Shown here piece by piece: positions 24,898-39,799 of a stretch of DNA of 64,000 nt. The position numbers and the translations under genes were made by a program. The stretch spans positions 4,030,001-4,094,000 of the forward strand of contig OU015569.1 in assembly GCA_907165135.1 (NCBI GenBank), written 5' to 3'. The notes beneath the pieces are model-generated. The model searched no databases, was not told the DNA's origin, and worked only from the letters and a program-made list of their open reading frames with translations. Source of the DNA: Oikopleura dioica. Lineage: Eukaryota > Animalia > Chordata. Each line of letters begins with the position of its first letter. Within the stretch, counting starts at the first letter, position 1.

Positions 24898-27800
24898 ATG
24901 GCATTTTCGGGGACCGTGAGAATCGGCGACCTGGACGATTTTATCGGCCCCGGGCTCGAATGCACCAAACCGGTCGATATTCAAAAGCCGAAACGAGGCC
25001 AGGAAAAAGTTCAGTGATTTTAAAATCGCAGTTGTTAAAATGAAGCGAATCTGAACTTGGGCAAGGTCGGCCGTGTAAAAAGAAATAAAGGTACCTTCAA
25101 AAATCGCCAATTTTAATTGATAAAAACTGATAAGATTCGGCGAGGGATCTAGAATAATGACTAACTTGGGGTTTAGATGGCAGCTACGCCGACTCGTCGG
25201 GTAAGAAGCTCGAAAAGGCGAAAATAACACTGGCAGGTAAATCATGGCGTTTATAATGCGCTGGTAGGAGTGCCTTGGCTGGACTCACCTTTTATAATTG
25301 CCCTAGACTGTCTTGCTTGTTCTGGTTGCGTCACCTCTGCCGAGACAGTTTTGATCACCGCCCAGTCTGGGGTTCAGCGCCTCTTTCTCTTTTATACTTA
25401 GTCGCGTTTCGTGAAGTTAGCCTTGGAATATTTTAAATTCTCGCATGTTGGCGATCATGTCTGACCTGTAGCTTGAGCCCCGATTAGTCACTGGATGAGT
25501 TCTACTCTGTTTTGCGCAAGAAATCGTCGAAAGTTGTCGTCACGCTATCCCCTCAGTCGCGCAGTTCACTCGCTCAACGGTTTAGGCACACGGGGTGAAA
25601 AAAACCTTTATTCACCGTTAGGGGCGTTGCCCAACAACATTAACACGCAAAGCTCATCCCCCACGAAAGCGTGGATGAACTTACCATTTTGAGGAAAGGC
25701 TCTCATTTGAGAAGAGTGACCTAGTAAGGTGGCTGCTAACACTGTGACCGTCTTGACAGTCAAATCCGTTTGAAATTCATTCTGAGCCAGACAGAGGACT
25801 AAGAGCGGTTCTGCATAAACTGGGCGTGTGGAAGACGCGCGATTTGACTCCCTTCCGCGACGTGGCTCTAGAAGAGGTCAAGAATGAATTTCTCGCACGC
25901 CTCAACAGCCAAGCTCAAGCGGCCAAGGGTCCACTGCTTTGCTCCGCCTGTCCTGGTTTCGTCTGCTACGCCGAAAAGACGCAAGGAGATCTGCTCGTTC
26001 CGCAACTCTCAAAAGTACGCAGCCCACAGGAAAGGATGAAAACATTGCAAATAGCTGTCAATTGCACAAGTTTGCGATCGCAGTTGAGAATCCCTGGGAA
26101 AGCAAATTTCCGGCATGAGTCTGAAGCGATCGCTGCCAGACGAAGGAGCTTGTGAAAATCGCGAGTTAAGAATCTATCTGCGATTTTGATTAATTGAAAG
26201 GTGCTTCTTGGGAAGCTAGAACCTTTCTTTATCGCTTTCGAATGCGCGTGGAAGTATTTCGCATTTTCGCAGCCAAAGATAAAGACATTTACCACGTCAC
26301 TGTGATGCCATGTTTCGACAAAAGCTCGAAGCGGCCAGACAGGAATTCCAAATCGAGAGCAATGGCCGGGTTGTTAAGGATGTAGGAACGGGACTTCGCC
26401 ATTTATTTCTTTAGACTTGGCTCAGCAACCTGTGTAGAAAACCTGAGTATCTGAATGATGATTAATAAGAGGGAAATCACCTTGACAAGACTGCGTTCTG
26501 GCCACAACCGAGATCGAAAAATTGCTAGTCGACAATCTCGAAGAGGACGATCTGGAAACCGTCGTGGCTTCTTTCGAGCACGAGGACAACGACGGAGATG
26601 TTATTTACTCCCATCGTGGCGGAGGCTCTGGAGGATATCTCGACTACATCTATCGAAGCGCAGCGGAATCTCTCTTCGGAAAGGATCGCGAATCATTTTT
26701 TATTTCCAGTTGTCAAATCTACTAGTAGACGGATCAAACGACGCTTCCTGACAATGCTAGTGACAGGTTTAATTAATACCGCCATTTTGTTAATTTATGA
26801 GTGCTTTTCTGATCTTCGAAAAGGCCAAAAACCGACGGGAGAATTGACTTTCACCAAAGTCAGAAATAACAAAGATTTTCTTGAAACGACGCTAGAGATC
26901 GATGGCGAAGTTAAACTCAGGAAATGTTACGTTAAAATTCAAGAATATTTTTATTTTCGAAAATAGTTTATTTACACTTCAGAACATGGCTGTTGATTTC
27001 GAGTCCTTTGGTTTTACCCGGCATTTTTTCCGGGCAACCCGCAGATTTTTCTGCGGGTTACTCGCGCGGAGACCCGTGCGAGTAGATCGAGTAAATGGGT
27101 AAAGGATAATCGCGAGCTACTCGCGAAAATTTCGCCTAGAAAAAAGAAAATTCGCTCGTATGATTGGCTCGAGAAAAAGGGTTGCGGGTAATCACGAGCT
27201 ACTCGGCGGAAAGGAGAAAACAAGTAGAGCGGGTAGCCCGTGAAAAAGAGTCTCCGTGCGAGAAACCCGCTGAAAAATCTGCGGGTTGTCCGGAAAAAAT
27301 GCCGGGTAAAACCAAAGGACTCGAAATCAACAGCCATGCTTCAGAAATTGAAATAACAATGACACTGTTTTTTTTATGTTTCCGACAACTGGGGAGTCTA
27401 TGTTCTCCGACCAGAGAAGTCGCAGAGAGTCCCCCAGGGTACCAAAATGTAGCTAAGGGTCTGATCTGTGGCGTAGGGACACTGAGCAAATGTCAATGTC
27501 ACGTGATCTTTGACAAATGACGTCATCAACCCGAATATACCCGATTTCGCCAATTTTAACCTCATATTGGGAGTCTATGTTCTCGGAGTACAATCATCGT
27601 ACAGCGTCTCAAAGGGGCTCAAATGAGAGCTAAAGCTCTATTCTGTGGCGTAGGGGGGTTAAGATAATCTCAAGATATACTCATCCCTTTTTTACGGAGG
27701 GTCGAAAATGGCGTCGGAAACATAAAAAAAACAGTGTCAATGGAGAGATTCGCAAAGGCGTACGGTTTCCGAAGCATACAGAATCTAGTGACGCGACTGA

Positions 27801-29196
27801 AAACAAAGGGACTCGAGTTGAAGCGAACTTAAAAGCCTCTGAAAGAAAAGTGAGACAAGAAAGACACGCGCTCAACTCATTGATAAGCGAGGAAATGCCT
27901 ACGACTATATTGAAGTAATGGCCTGTCCGGAAAGGCTTTGATTTTGTCACTTTTTAAAATCTGCGATTTGGACGTTAAATTTTTAAATTTTAGTTTGAAA
28001 GTAGCGCCGCGAGGCTGATTTTCAACATTGTCAATGTTGGTTTTTTTATTGCTCACAAAAAGCGCGTCTGTCAAAGAGAAAGATGCGTGGTTGAGTTAAC
28101 ATTATAAATCGCCACGACGACAACGTTTTCTTCTCATCTTTTGGATATTTCAATGATTCTGACAGAGATGGATCAGAGAGAAGACCGGAATTGAAATTAT
28201 TGAACCCAAAGCCTAAAAACAGTCCGGCTGCTTGAATGGCGGAGCTCAAATTCGTTACGATGATCGAGAAACAAACGAGTCAATCTTGACCCGGATGACG
28301 GATGATTACAACGCCTTAGGTCCGGTGAATAGATAAAACAAAGCTCAATCATCCTCGGGATTAGAGCCTTAGTTGCGAGCACTAAATATTCATCGTTTTT
28401 TATTTTCGAAAAGTACGTATTTTAAGAAAGAGAAAACGCTTCTGAAGTCGCCACTTACTTTTTTCTCGCTGGGAATGACCTTGGAATTCCAATATGCAAA
28501 TACGTTAATTAGAGTACTGCAGATGCCTTTTTAATAGTAAATTTCAAAGTACGCAAATATTTGTCCGCAGCGTTCACCACGGGCGCGTCTTGCCAGCCGT
28601 AGCACCGCCTTGCGAATAGCTCAGAGATGGATGAAGAGATAAAAAACCACAAGTGCGTTATGAAGTTTTCATTACGCTCATTTCAACTTTTCCGATAGTT
28701 TGCGATCTAGTTTTTTTATAAATATGGTAAAGTCTTTTATTTAGTGTTCATTCCCGACAAACTGACTGGGCTCAACAACCTGAGCAGAAAACCTGAGAGA
28801 GGGTTCTGAAAGCCGCGTTTTGAAATGAAGCCGGAATTAAAAAATAGATTGAAATAATTATTAGATGGCATTTATTAAAACTCCTTTTGAACCCTGTGTC
28901 AAGTTTTCTACTCAGGTTGTCGAGCGCAACTTATTGATTTTTTTGGGACAAGAGGTATATTAGGTTCCAAAATATTTTCTTTTTCCGATTTAATCAAGAA
29001 TAGTTTCTCATTGATCTGTGAAAAAAATGAACTATCTCGTCACCGGCATGGCATAGAAAACTATCAGCCGCTGACGTGCGAAAAATTCAGCCCACTTTTC
29101 GCACAGTTAAAACGCGACATCGACAAACAGTCCCTCTACACAAGTTTCAGGGCTATTCAGAAAGAAGAGACGAACGCCTTGACGATCAAGTGGTGA
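24898..29196 (+). CDS. CIAO3: Cytosolic Fe-S assembly component 3 (NARFL/IOP1/Nar1, hydrogenase-like); many introns, at least 8 of them GA-AG
   Basis: [26 protein letters not shown]; [17 protein letters not shown]; [16 protein letters not shown]; [12 protein letters not shown](K)LEA; [11 protein letters not shown]; [14 protein letters not shown]; [17 protein letters not shown]; terminal [20 protein letters not shown]. One 1-nt shortfall in the A4 run at 26320-26323. Confidence 0.95.
26419..26447 (+). repeat. Solo terminal fragment of MITE family A in a CIAO3 intron
   Basis: GGCTCAGCAACCTGTGTAGAAAACCTGAG matches the family A ends. Confidence 0.65.
26985..27338. mobile_element. hAT-like non-autonomous element (354 bp)
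   Basis: About 89 bp TIRs starting CATGGCTGTTGATTTCGAGTCC (about 4 mismatches). Exact 8 bp flanking direct repeat CTTCAGAA at 26977-26984 and 27339-27346; an 8 bp TSD is typical of hAT. Confidence 0.9.
27361..27738. mobile_element. MITE (378 bp) with 26 bp perfect TIRs and an internal 177 bp periodicity
   Basis: GACACTGTTTTTTTTATGTTTCCGAC 27361-27386 / reverse complement 27713-27738, with AAT on both flanks. GGGAGTCTATGTTCTC at 27392 and 27569; TCTGTGGCGTAGGG at 27465 and 27642. Confidence 0.85.
28769..28925. mobile_element. Diverged MITE family A copy in a late CIAO3 intron
   Basis: About 37 bp imperfect TIR GCTCAACAACCTGAGCAGAAAACCTGAGAGAGGGTTC versus GCTCGACAACCTGAGTAGAAAACTTGACACAGGGTTC. 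Confidence 0.7.
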
Positions 29197-29366
29197 TTTT
29201 CTATTTTTAGAGGAGCGAGAGATTATTTTGGAATAAGATGCTGGATGTTCATTTTGATAGATACAGATTTGCCAACTGAGCTAATATTTAATTTCGGTCT
29301 ACTAATTCCCATCCGTTTCTTCGAGCTATCTCTCTATTTTTCATTGAATAAGTTCTATGTTCTTAA

Positions 29367-30149
29367 GGATATAGCCTTGAATATTGAACTTTCGTAGCGC
29401 CGAATCCCTGTTACGAATTTATACATTTTCAAAGAAACCCTACCTAAAATCCAGCGTAGATTTCGAAAAAACCCTTATTTTTAGTACTTTCTATGGTGTT
29501 TGTACCTAAAAATCGACTTCAAAATAAAACAGACCGTCGTTCTCTGAAAATTTCCATTAAAAAGGTAAATCTGGATTGATGATATGAAAGATTGAAGCCT
29601 TATCTACAATCTAGCGGTGGATTTTGTAAAAATATTGAAGATTACGGCTTCTAGGAACTGGTTTTTGATTGTACTTCGAAAAGGAGAGTTGCGCGCGCAG
29701 CCAATGAGAGCGAGGGGAAAATCTCACTCAGCCATCGCTCATCCTATTTTACACGAGAAATTTTGTCGACAGGTTGGACGAAATCTTACTGAGATTCTCC
29801 CCTCGCTCTGATTGGCAGCGCGCGCCACTCTCCATTTCGAAGTACAATCAAAAACCAGTTCCTAGAAGCCGTAATCTTCAATATTTTTACAAAATCCACC
29901 GCTAGATTGGAGATAAGGCTTCAATCTTTCATATCATCAATCCAGATTTACCTTTTTAATGGAAATTTTCAGAGAACGACGGTCTGTTTTATTTTGAAGT
30001 CGATTTTTAGGTACAAACACCATAGAAAGTACTAAAAATAAGGGTTTTTTCGAAATCTACGCTGGATTTTAGGTAGGGTTTCTTTGAAAATGTATAAATT
30101 CGTAACAGGGATTCGGCGCTACGAAAGTTCAATATTCAAGGCTATATCT
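29367..30149. mobile_element. 783 bp fold-back (near-complete palindrome) non-autonomous DNA transposon, Kolobok-like
   Basis: Arms of about 360 bp (29367-29726 / 29787-30149) are near-perfect reverse complements around a spacer of about 60 nt. TTAA at 29363-29366 and 30150-30153. Termini read inward are GGATATAG and AGATATAG (RR, as in Kolobok, not piggyBac CCY). Confidence 0.85.
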
Positions 30150-30286
30150 TTAATCACTTGAGACGTGTTCTAGCTTGATTACATAACCCTGACTTTGACT
30201 ACAATCAATCGAAACAGTTCCATTTCAATCCTCGGCCGACATTTCACAAAACTTACTTTTGGTCCTTTTTAGATTGATTTTAAATA

Positions 30287-30878
30287 ATGGCCGACTTCAC
30301 TGAAGACCAGATCCAGGATTTCCGTGAAGCCTTCCAGCTCTTCGACCGCTCTGGGGACGAGCGAATCAAGCTCAGCCAGGCAGGAGATGTCTTCAGAGCT
30401 CTCGGACAGAATCCCACTAATGCCGAAGTGATGAAAGTGCTCAACAACCCAAAAGCCGAAGGTACTACCTATCCTTTATTTTTCTCTCCATTTAACTCTT
30501 GCGATAGACATGAATGTAAAAACGCTAACCTTTGACGAGTTCCTACCAATGCTCGCCACTATCACGAGAAATCAGGACCCCGGCAGCTACGAAGATTTTG
30601 TCGAGGTGAGAATAAGTTTTCGGTTAATTCAAATTAAATTCTCAATTTAGGGCTTGCGCGTTTTCGACAAGGAGGGCAACGGAACTGTGAACGCTGCCGA
30701 GCTCCGCCACGTGTTGACGACCTTGGGCGAAAAGCTTTCCGAAGACGAAGTTGAGCAGCTCCTGACTGGCCACGAAGACAACAACGGACAGATCAACTAT
30801 GAAGGCAGGTCTTTATTTTTCGATGTTATCATTAATTCTTTTTCTTTAGATTTTATCAAAATCATCCTCCAAGTCTAA
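30287..30878 (+). CDS. Myosin essential (alkali) light chain, MYL6/MYL1-like, 4 exons
   Basis: [24 protein letters not shown]...[12 protein letters not shown]; FDEFLPML; [29 protein letters not shown]; [13 protein letters not shown]. The last intron requires a GC donor at 30805. Confidence 0.95.
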
Positions 30879-31425
30879 GGCGACCTCTTCTTTGCATTTC
30901 ACTTCTTTAATTTCGAACGATAGCCAACAACAGAAGCCTTTCCTAGATTCTTGTTCTCAACTTCTTCTGCACCAGACAACCCCAAACTAATTTCTATCGC
31001 TCTCCAACTTTTCAGATCGACCAAAACTATGATTATTTTCCTTTTTTCTTTCCACAACACATCCGACACACCAACAAACGAAAAAAATGAACCATGTCCG
31101 TTACTGTCACGAACTGTAAATATAGTGATGAAAAGCATGATCTCTCAATTCTTGAAATTTTAATTTTTACTTTATTATTATTCTAGCCGCTTTATTTAAC
31201 CAAAACACATGATTTTTCATCATCCTCGCAAAATTTGAAAACGATTTTGTCCAAATTATCGATTCTATATTCGCTCAACTTTTAACCAAACGCAGGAAGC
31301 ATTTATTAAATGTAATTTTTCGCATTCTTTGACTCATTATTTATTCTATTTTCTTGTTAAGATTCAAGTCCTAAAATGAGTGGTAGAAAGTAAAGGAACG
31401 CGCGCTAGAATCGCCCAAAACTAAA

Positions 31426-33655
31426 ATGATGCAAGCTACAGCTGACAATCAGAATGAGCTTTACTACGCAGAGCAGGCGTCGAACTTGGAGAATCGTCCG
31501 TGGTGGGATGTTCCAAGCTATCTCACGGGTCCGATCAAATTTGGAGCTTGGGATGGCGTTTTTGTATCCGTAAGTAGAAAATTCTTCTTGAGCGAAAATA
31601 GTCAATCGTAAAAGATTATGCTGAACATCTTTGGCGCATTGCTCTTTCTGCAAGGAGGATTCATCGTTGGCGTCGGCGGTGTGAGTTGTGCGCTTGTAAT
31701 CGTCTTCCTTCTCATTTGGATCGGAATGGCGGCTGGAGCGGCTGCAATTGGGATTTGTGAGCGCACCGACGTGGCAAACGGTGGTCTCTACAAACTATTG
31801 AGCCGTGTGCTTGGAGCTAAACAGGGAGCAGCTGTTGGAATCGTCTTTGCCTTTGGTCTTACTGTTACGGCTTCCTTGTACGCCTCTGCTTTCGCCACCG
31901 CTGTCCTCGGTGTTTTCGAGAAGGACAAGAATCAATGGGCAGTTACTGGCTTGGCAATTGGCGCTTTGATTATTCTTCTTTTGATCAATCTCGCTGGCGT
32001 GAAGTGGGTCATTCGCTCTCAGATTCTCTTCTTCATCATCATCATTGCCGCAACAATCGACTTTCTCGTCGGCCCTGCCGTCAAAAACGACGTACAACAA
32101 CAAGAACAGGGCTTTTGGGGCTTCCAAAATAGCACTATCATCTCGGATAATATGAAACCAGAGTGGAAAATCATGATCAAGGGAACAAATGAAACTGCTC
32201 TCAAAATTCCAGGCTACGTCAATATCCACGAGTTCTTTGGACTACTGGGCATCTTTTTCCCGTCTATCTGCGGTGTTTTCGCTGGCGTAAACATGGCTGG
32301 AGATTTGAAGTCTCCTTCCAAAGATATTCCAAAGGGGACAATCGCCTCTATTCTTGTTACTGGTATCCTTTACATTATCTTTATTATTTACTTTGGAGCG
32401 ACTTGCACTAGAGAAGGTACTTTACTTTTTCAATACTTCAACTGACTTCTATTCCTTTAGCGCTCGTCTCGAATCAAATGATAGGTGGTCTCATTTCTGC
32501 TTCGAAGCTTCTGTTTAATATTGGTATTTATATTTCTTCCATTTCTGGCGTCGCCACTTGCACATATGGGTACGGAAAAGTAGTTGATGAAAGTTTATCG
32601 TTCTATTTCAAGAGCACCAAGGCTGATCCGTTCCATCGCCGAAGATGGCTCGATCAAGGGACTCGAGTACTTCGAAGTAACTTGGGGCGCTTCTAAAGTG
32701 CCAGTGCGCGCGATTCTGCTCGTCGGCCTAATCGCCATTATCTTCCTGCTCGCTGGCGATATCAACACTATTGCGCCTATCATCGCTAATGCATTCCTTC
32801 TCGTCTACGGCGTAACCTGCTACGCTAACTTCTGTTTATCAAAAGCTTATCATGAGCGGAAACGAAGAGAGAAACTCCAAGGTACTTATTAACATTGTCG
32901 AAAGTGTTAATACTCTTTGCAAGCACCCGCTCCTTCTGGATCAAACAACCTGCCATCAGAAGGGATGTATGGCCAGGATCTTCGAGATACGACGCGTGAT
33001 TTTCAAATTATGTCCCAGAATCGAAGAGGAACTACATTAAATGATCATATAGAAGATAGCTTCGCGATCGGGTAAAAACTACTTTCTTCCCTCGATTTTT
33101 ACTTTTTCAATAAAGGTCATCCTTACCGCCAGCGGTCGAGAATCCTTCTTTCAACGCAGACATTTTCGTGCGTCAAGCGGACGACATTGACGAATCACCC
33201 GATGCAGCGATAGTCGACAATGATGTACTCGAGCATTCTCCCGTGGAGAGAGAGGAAATACGTTCACAACCTCAATCTTGGTACAAATTTCTGTGTACTC
33301 CAAGTAAGAGCCTACTTATTACTGCTATTGAAATAAGTTTCTTCCAGCACATTCATTAGTTGCTGCCATTTTCAATACGATTCTTATGTTTTTGGTTCAT
33401 TGGGTGTATGCATTGATCAATTTTGCGATCCTCGGCATTCTGGTTTACTACATTCACGTCACAGCTCCTGGACTTTCACCGGGCCTTGCTGGCGGATTCT
33501 CCTTCCTTGACTGGCTCAAGAGTAAATGGAGAGGCATATTCTCCCCTAGCAAAAACCAAGAGCAATTTTTGGTCATCGCGCCTCCATCGATGAGTGCCAC
33601 GTAAGTCGTCACTAGTAAAAATTTATTGTGTTTTTTCAATAGTCAGAAGTATTAA
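31426..33655 (+). CDS. SLC12A8: Cation-chloride cotransporter family member, SLC12A8 (CCC9)-like; 3' end approximate
   Basis: PWW....PIKFGAWDGVFVS|IMLNIFGALLFLQGG; NGGLYKLLSRVLG; FFPSICGVFAGVNMAGDLKSPSKDIPKGT; APRLIRSIAEDG; GDINTIAPI; short C-terminus without the large CCC cytosolic domain. Confidence 0.88.
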
Positions 33656-33795
33656 ATTTTGCTATTCGCTTCTTGAAAACCTCCCGGAACAGCGCTGTTT
33701 TCCCTTCGTATTTTTGATTGTCGATTTTTCGCATTCGCGGCTGATTTGTGTAAATTCTACGTCGAGATAATTATTTAATGGCGTTGGGTTATTCC

Positions 33796-35616
<1,821 letters not shown>

Positions 35617-36377
35617 TACGATTTTTTTTTCTGACTAAGAGCGAAAGGACTCTGTTTGAAGCTATTCAAATATTTACTTGAACGCTTATATTGCCTATTG
35701 GCGCTCTGAAATTCACGATTGACTATTTTAGTCATTGTTGTTTTCATTAACACTAATTTAGCGGAAATGTGCAAACAGTCAACAACTACGGGCGAGACTA
35801 CGACGATAGACCTAACTTCCATCAAGTCACTGACATCTCTACCGAAGCAGCCGTCCACGAAAATACGCAAGTGGTCTATGCATAACGTTAGCACTAGAAC
35901 CGTCCTTCGAAATTTATAAATATCTGTATTGTTATTTTTTATATTGTTACTACTTTTTCAAATTCAATAACTTTCCTTTCTGTTTTATCTCGCCATTCTT
36001 TGTGTACATTTAAAAAAGTTCTTTCTTTCTCTTTCCAGCACTTTGTCTTTTTAATTCTAACATTTCAAGTTTAAATAATGTAATATACAGTTGCCTTCTG
36101 ATTACTTTTTGATTCGCTCCGAATACTGTTCCTTCAAAACAAATACTTCTACCAAATATTGCCAAAAAGTTCGTTACTACTGCATGTATGAAAAATTCTG
36201 ATTCCAGTCGAGTTCTTCGACCCTCCAGGAAAACTCGACGCATCTTTCTGTTAATATTTTGTTCACCCAATTGAAACTTCTTCAAGTGAAACTTCAACAA
36301 GACAGCAAACATCAATAAACAACAGAAACATTATTTTTTCGTATTCCACTTTATTCAGCTAGAAGGCGATTCAGGCA

Positions 36378-37567
36378 TTATGAACTTTCAGCTGATACTG
36401 ATACTATTAAAATTGAAGATCTTTCATAAACAAAGTACTCATCAAGATCGAGACAGTTTGAAAGAGTGACGACTTTTAATTTCTTGTTTTTGCATTCGTC
36501 TAAAAATTGATTCCAGGTGTCTTCATTTCGCATCGTTGCTTAGGATTTTATTGTTCATAAACAAGGCTATCCTCGAGTGGCTACCTGCTAGAATAATTTT
36601 TATTTCGGGCTTGTAATCTACGCATAGGCGAAGTAATGTTGTGAGGTCAGCAAACAACGCTGGCAAAAAGAATATATCTGCACCGCAAACGACATCGGTC
36701 TCGTCCAGCATTGCCTTCAACTCTTTCTGATCGTAAGAACACCAGTCGAGCTCCTTGACGGCTTTCCTTGATTCCAAAATGAGATTCGACCTTGGTCACT
36801 ATGAGAAATCTTTTGAATCAGTCCCTAGCGTCAATCCAGGCAGAAAACGCATCGCCGCCTTTGCATTCATCTCCGCAACCGAGAGCACTTCACTGTGAAC
36901 ATCCGTTAAGAAAACAGTCTTTTGAGAACTTTCTCCGAGTCGTAGAAGCGCGGCTGTAAATATTCCTCCTACTCCTGTTCCACAGCCAAGCTCAAGAAAA
37001 TTGCGTTCACCAAAGATTGCTCTCCCTGACTCCGAATTCGCGAACTCGGCGAGGCACCAGGCGGCGGGCCACGAGCAAAGACCCGTTGTGCCAGATTGGA
37101 GAAGCAAGCTTCGCGAACTAAAGAAAGGAAGCACTTTTCCTTCGGGAAGATGGTAATAGCGACAGCCGAACTGGCTTTCGGCCGGCAGCCTTGACTCGTT
37201 GAACGCGTCGTAGAGAACTGAAGAGACTTCCACGCCCTTTTCTTCCATCCATGTTATCAGCTTCTTTAGCAAGCGCGTGGTCCCGTGAATGTCCAAAGTT
37301 AGATCCTCCAGGAAGTACTTTTCTAACAGTTTTTCTTGGTTTCGACTGTCCTCCAAAAATCTTCGATCTTAGGGCTCTCTAGAATCGAGGAAAGACGTGT
37401 CACGGGCCAGCCTTCCTTTTATTGGGATAGTTTTTACAAAATTGCTCGTAATAACGCAGATTATACTCGAGAGAGAAACTTAGCTAATTTTAAGAATGAT
37501 GAATAAATTCCGTTTTGTTAGAGTTCTTATTTCCCGTTTCCTCGAAGCATCGGATAATCTCGCCCAT
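36378..37567 (-). CDS. EEF2KMT: Protein-lysine methyltransferase EEF2KMT/FAM86A-like, copy 1 (1-nt shortfall in the A run at 37355-37359)
   Basis: GTTGLCSWPAAWCLAEF; FLELGCGTG; FLTDVHSEVL; KELDW; DVVCGADIFF; TMRNEDTW. The start ATG is tentative. Confidence 0.8.
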
Positions 37568-38219
37568 GCCAGCAAAATTCTGACTTTCTCAGATTTCAAA
37601 TTTCGCGCCCTTCTGAGCTGCTCATCTGATTGCGCACCGTCCGCGCTCGCTGATTGGCTGCCCCACGCCCACATCTACACGTCACGCTACTCCTTTCATT
37701 TGCACTTGACTCATTAGTTGCAAATTCCTCGACACGAATTTCCCTTTTCGCACCTTTTGACATTGACCCACGGAGAATCTGTCCCTAAACAAAGAGAAAC
37801 CTCATTTTCTGTCTATTTTCTTCGTTGGAGGCCGCTCGAAAGATGGATTTCAAGAGAAACTGCCTTACGTGTCAACATTTAATTATTTTATTTCCGACCT
37901 ATCTTACATGAAAAAATTTCAGAATGTATCAACGCGACAGGAACCGCAGTTAAATGTCGAATACGATGTTTTTCTGCGATTTTTGCAATCGAAGGCGGGC
38001 TTTTGCCCAGGCTGCGTCAATGCGAATTCGAATGTGACTCGGATGAGCCGACGAAAACGATCCAAGAGTGGATGAAAATCCTTCGCCAACTACTGGCGAC
38101 AATGATGGTCTTGGTATGTGAACCCGCATGCTCACATCCACGACCATCAGTAATCGTAAAACCCGACTTATCACCAGATTTATGAGAATCTCTCACAAGT
38201 CAATCTCTCAGAATCTCTC

Positions 38220-39039
<820 letters not shown>

Positions 39040-39407
39040 TACGATTTTTTTTTCTGACTAAGAGCGAAAGGACTCTGTTTGAAGCTATTCAAATATTTAC
39101 TTGAACGCTTATATTGCCTATTGGCGCTCTGAAATTCACGATTGACTATTTTAGTCATTGTTGTTTTCATTAACACTAATTTAGCGGAAATGTGCAAACA
39201 GTCAACAACTACGGGCGAGACTACGACGATAGACCTAACTTCCATCAAGTCACTGACATCTCTACCGAAGCAGCCGTCCACGAAAATACGCAAGTGGTCT
39301 ATGCATAACGTTAGCACTAGAACCGTCCTTCGAAATTTATAAATATCTGTATTGTTATTTTTTATATTGTTACTACTTTTTCAAATTCAATAACTTTCCT
39401 TTCTGTT

Positions 39408-39734
39408 TTATCTCGCCATTCTTTGTGTACATTTAAAAAGTTCTTTCTTTCTCTTTCCAGCACTTTGTCTTTTTAATTCTAACATTTCAAGTTTAAATAA
39501 TGTAATATACAGTTGCCTTCTGATTACTTTTTGATTCGCTCCGAATACTGTTCCTTCAAAACAAATACTTCTACCAAATATTGCCAAAAAGTTCGTTACT
39601 ACTGCATGTATGAAAAATTCTGATTCCAGTCGAGTTCTTCGACCCTCCAGGAAAACTCGACGCATCTTTCTGTTAATATTTTGTTCACCCAATTGAAACT
39701 TCTTCAAGTGAAACTTCAACAAGACAGCAAACAT
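39408..39734 (-). CDS. Small unidentified ORF between EEF2KMT and the esterase (also at 36010-36312 and 42834-43160)
   Basis: About 108 aa open frame starting 66 nt after the EEF2KMT stop. Probably spliced; no family recognised. Confidence 0.25.
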   Translation of the reverse strand: MFAVLLKFHLKKFQLGEQNINRKMRRVFLEGRRTRLESEFFIHAVVTNFLAIFGRSICFEGTVFGANQKVIRRQLYITLFKLEMLELKRQSAGKRKKELFKCTQRMAR

Positions 39735-39799
39735 CAATAAACAACAGAAACATTATTTTTTCGTATTCCACTTTATTCAGCTAGAAGGCGATTCAGGCA

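Noticed and set aside
27924-28227. CIAO3 GA intron as an introner (GTCCGG at both ends, 8 bp AGGCTTTG/CAAAGCCT inverted repeat)
   Set aside because: Both TCCG copies are needed in the mRNA to encode the conserved C-P-S-G, so this is not a target-site duplication; the 8 bp repeat is not terminal.
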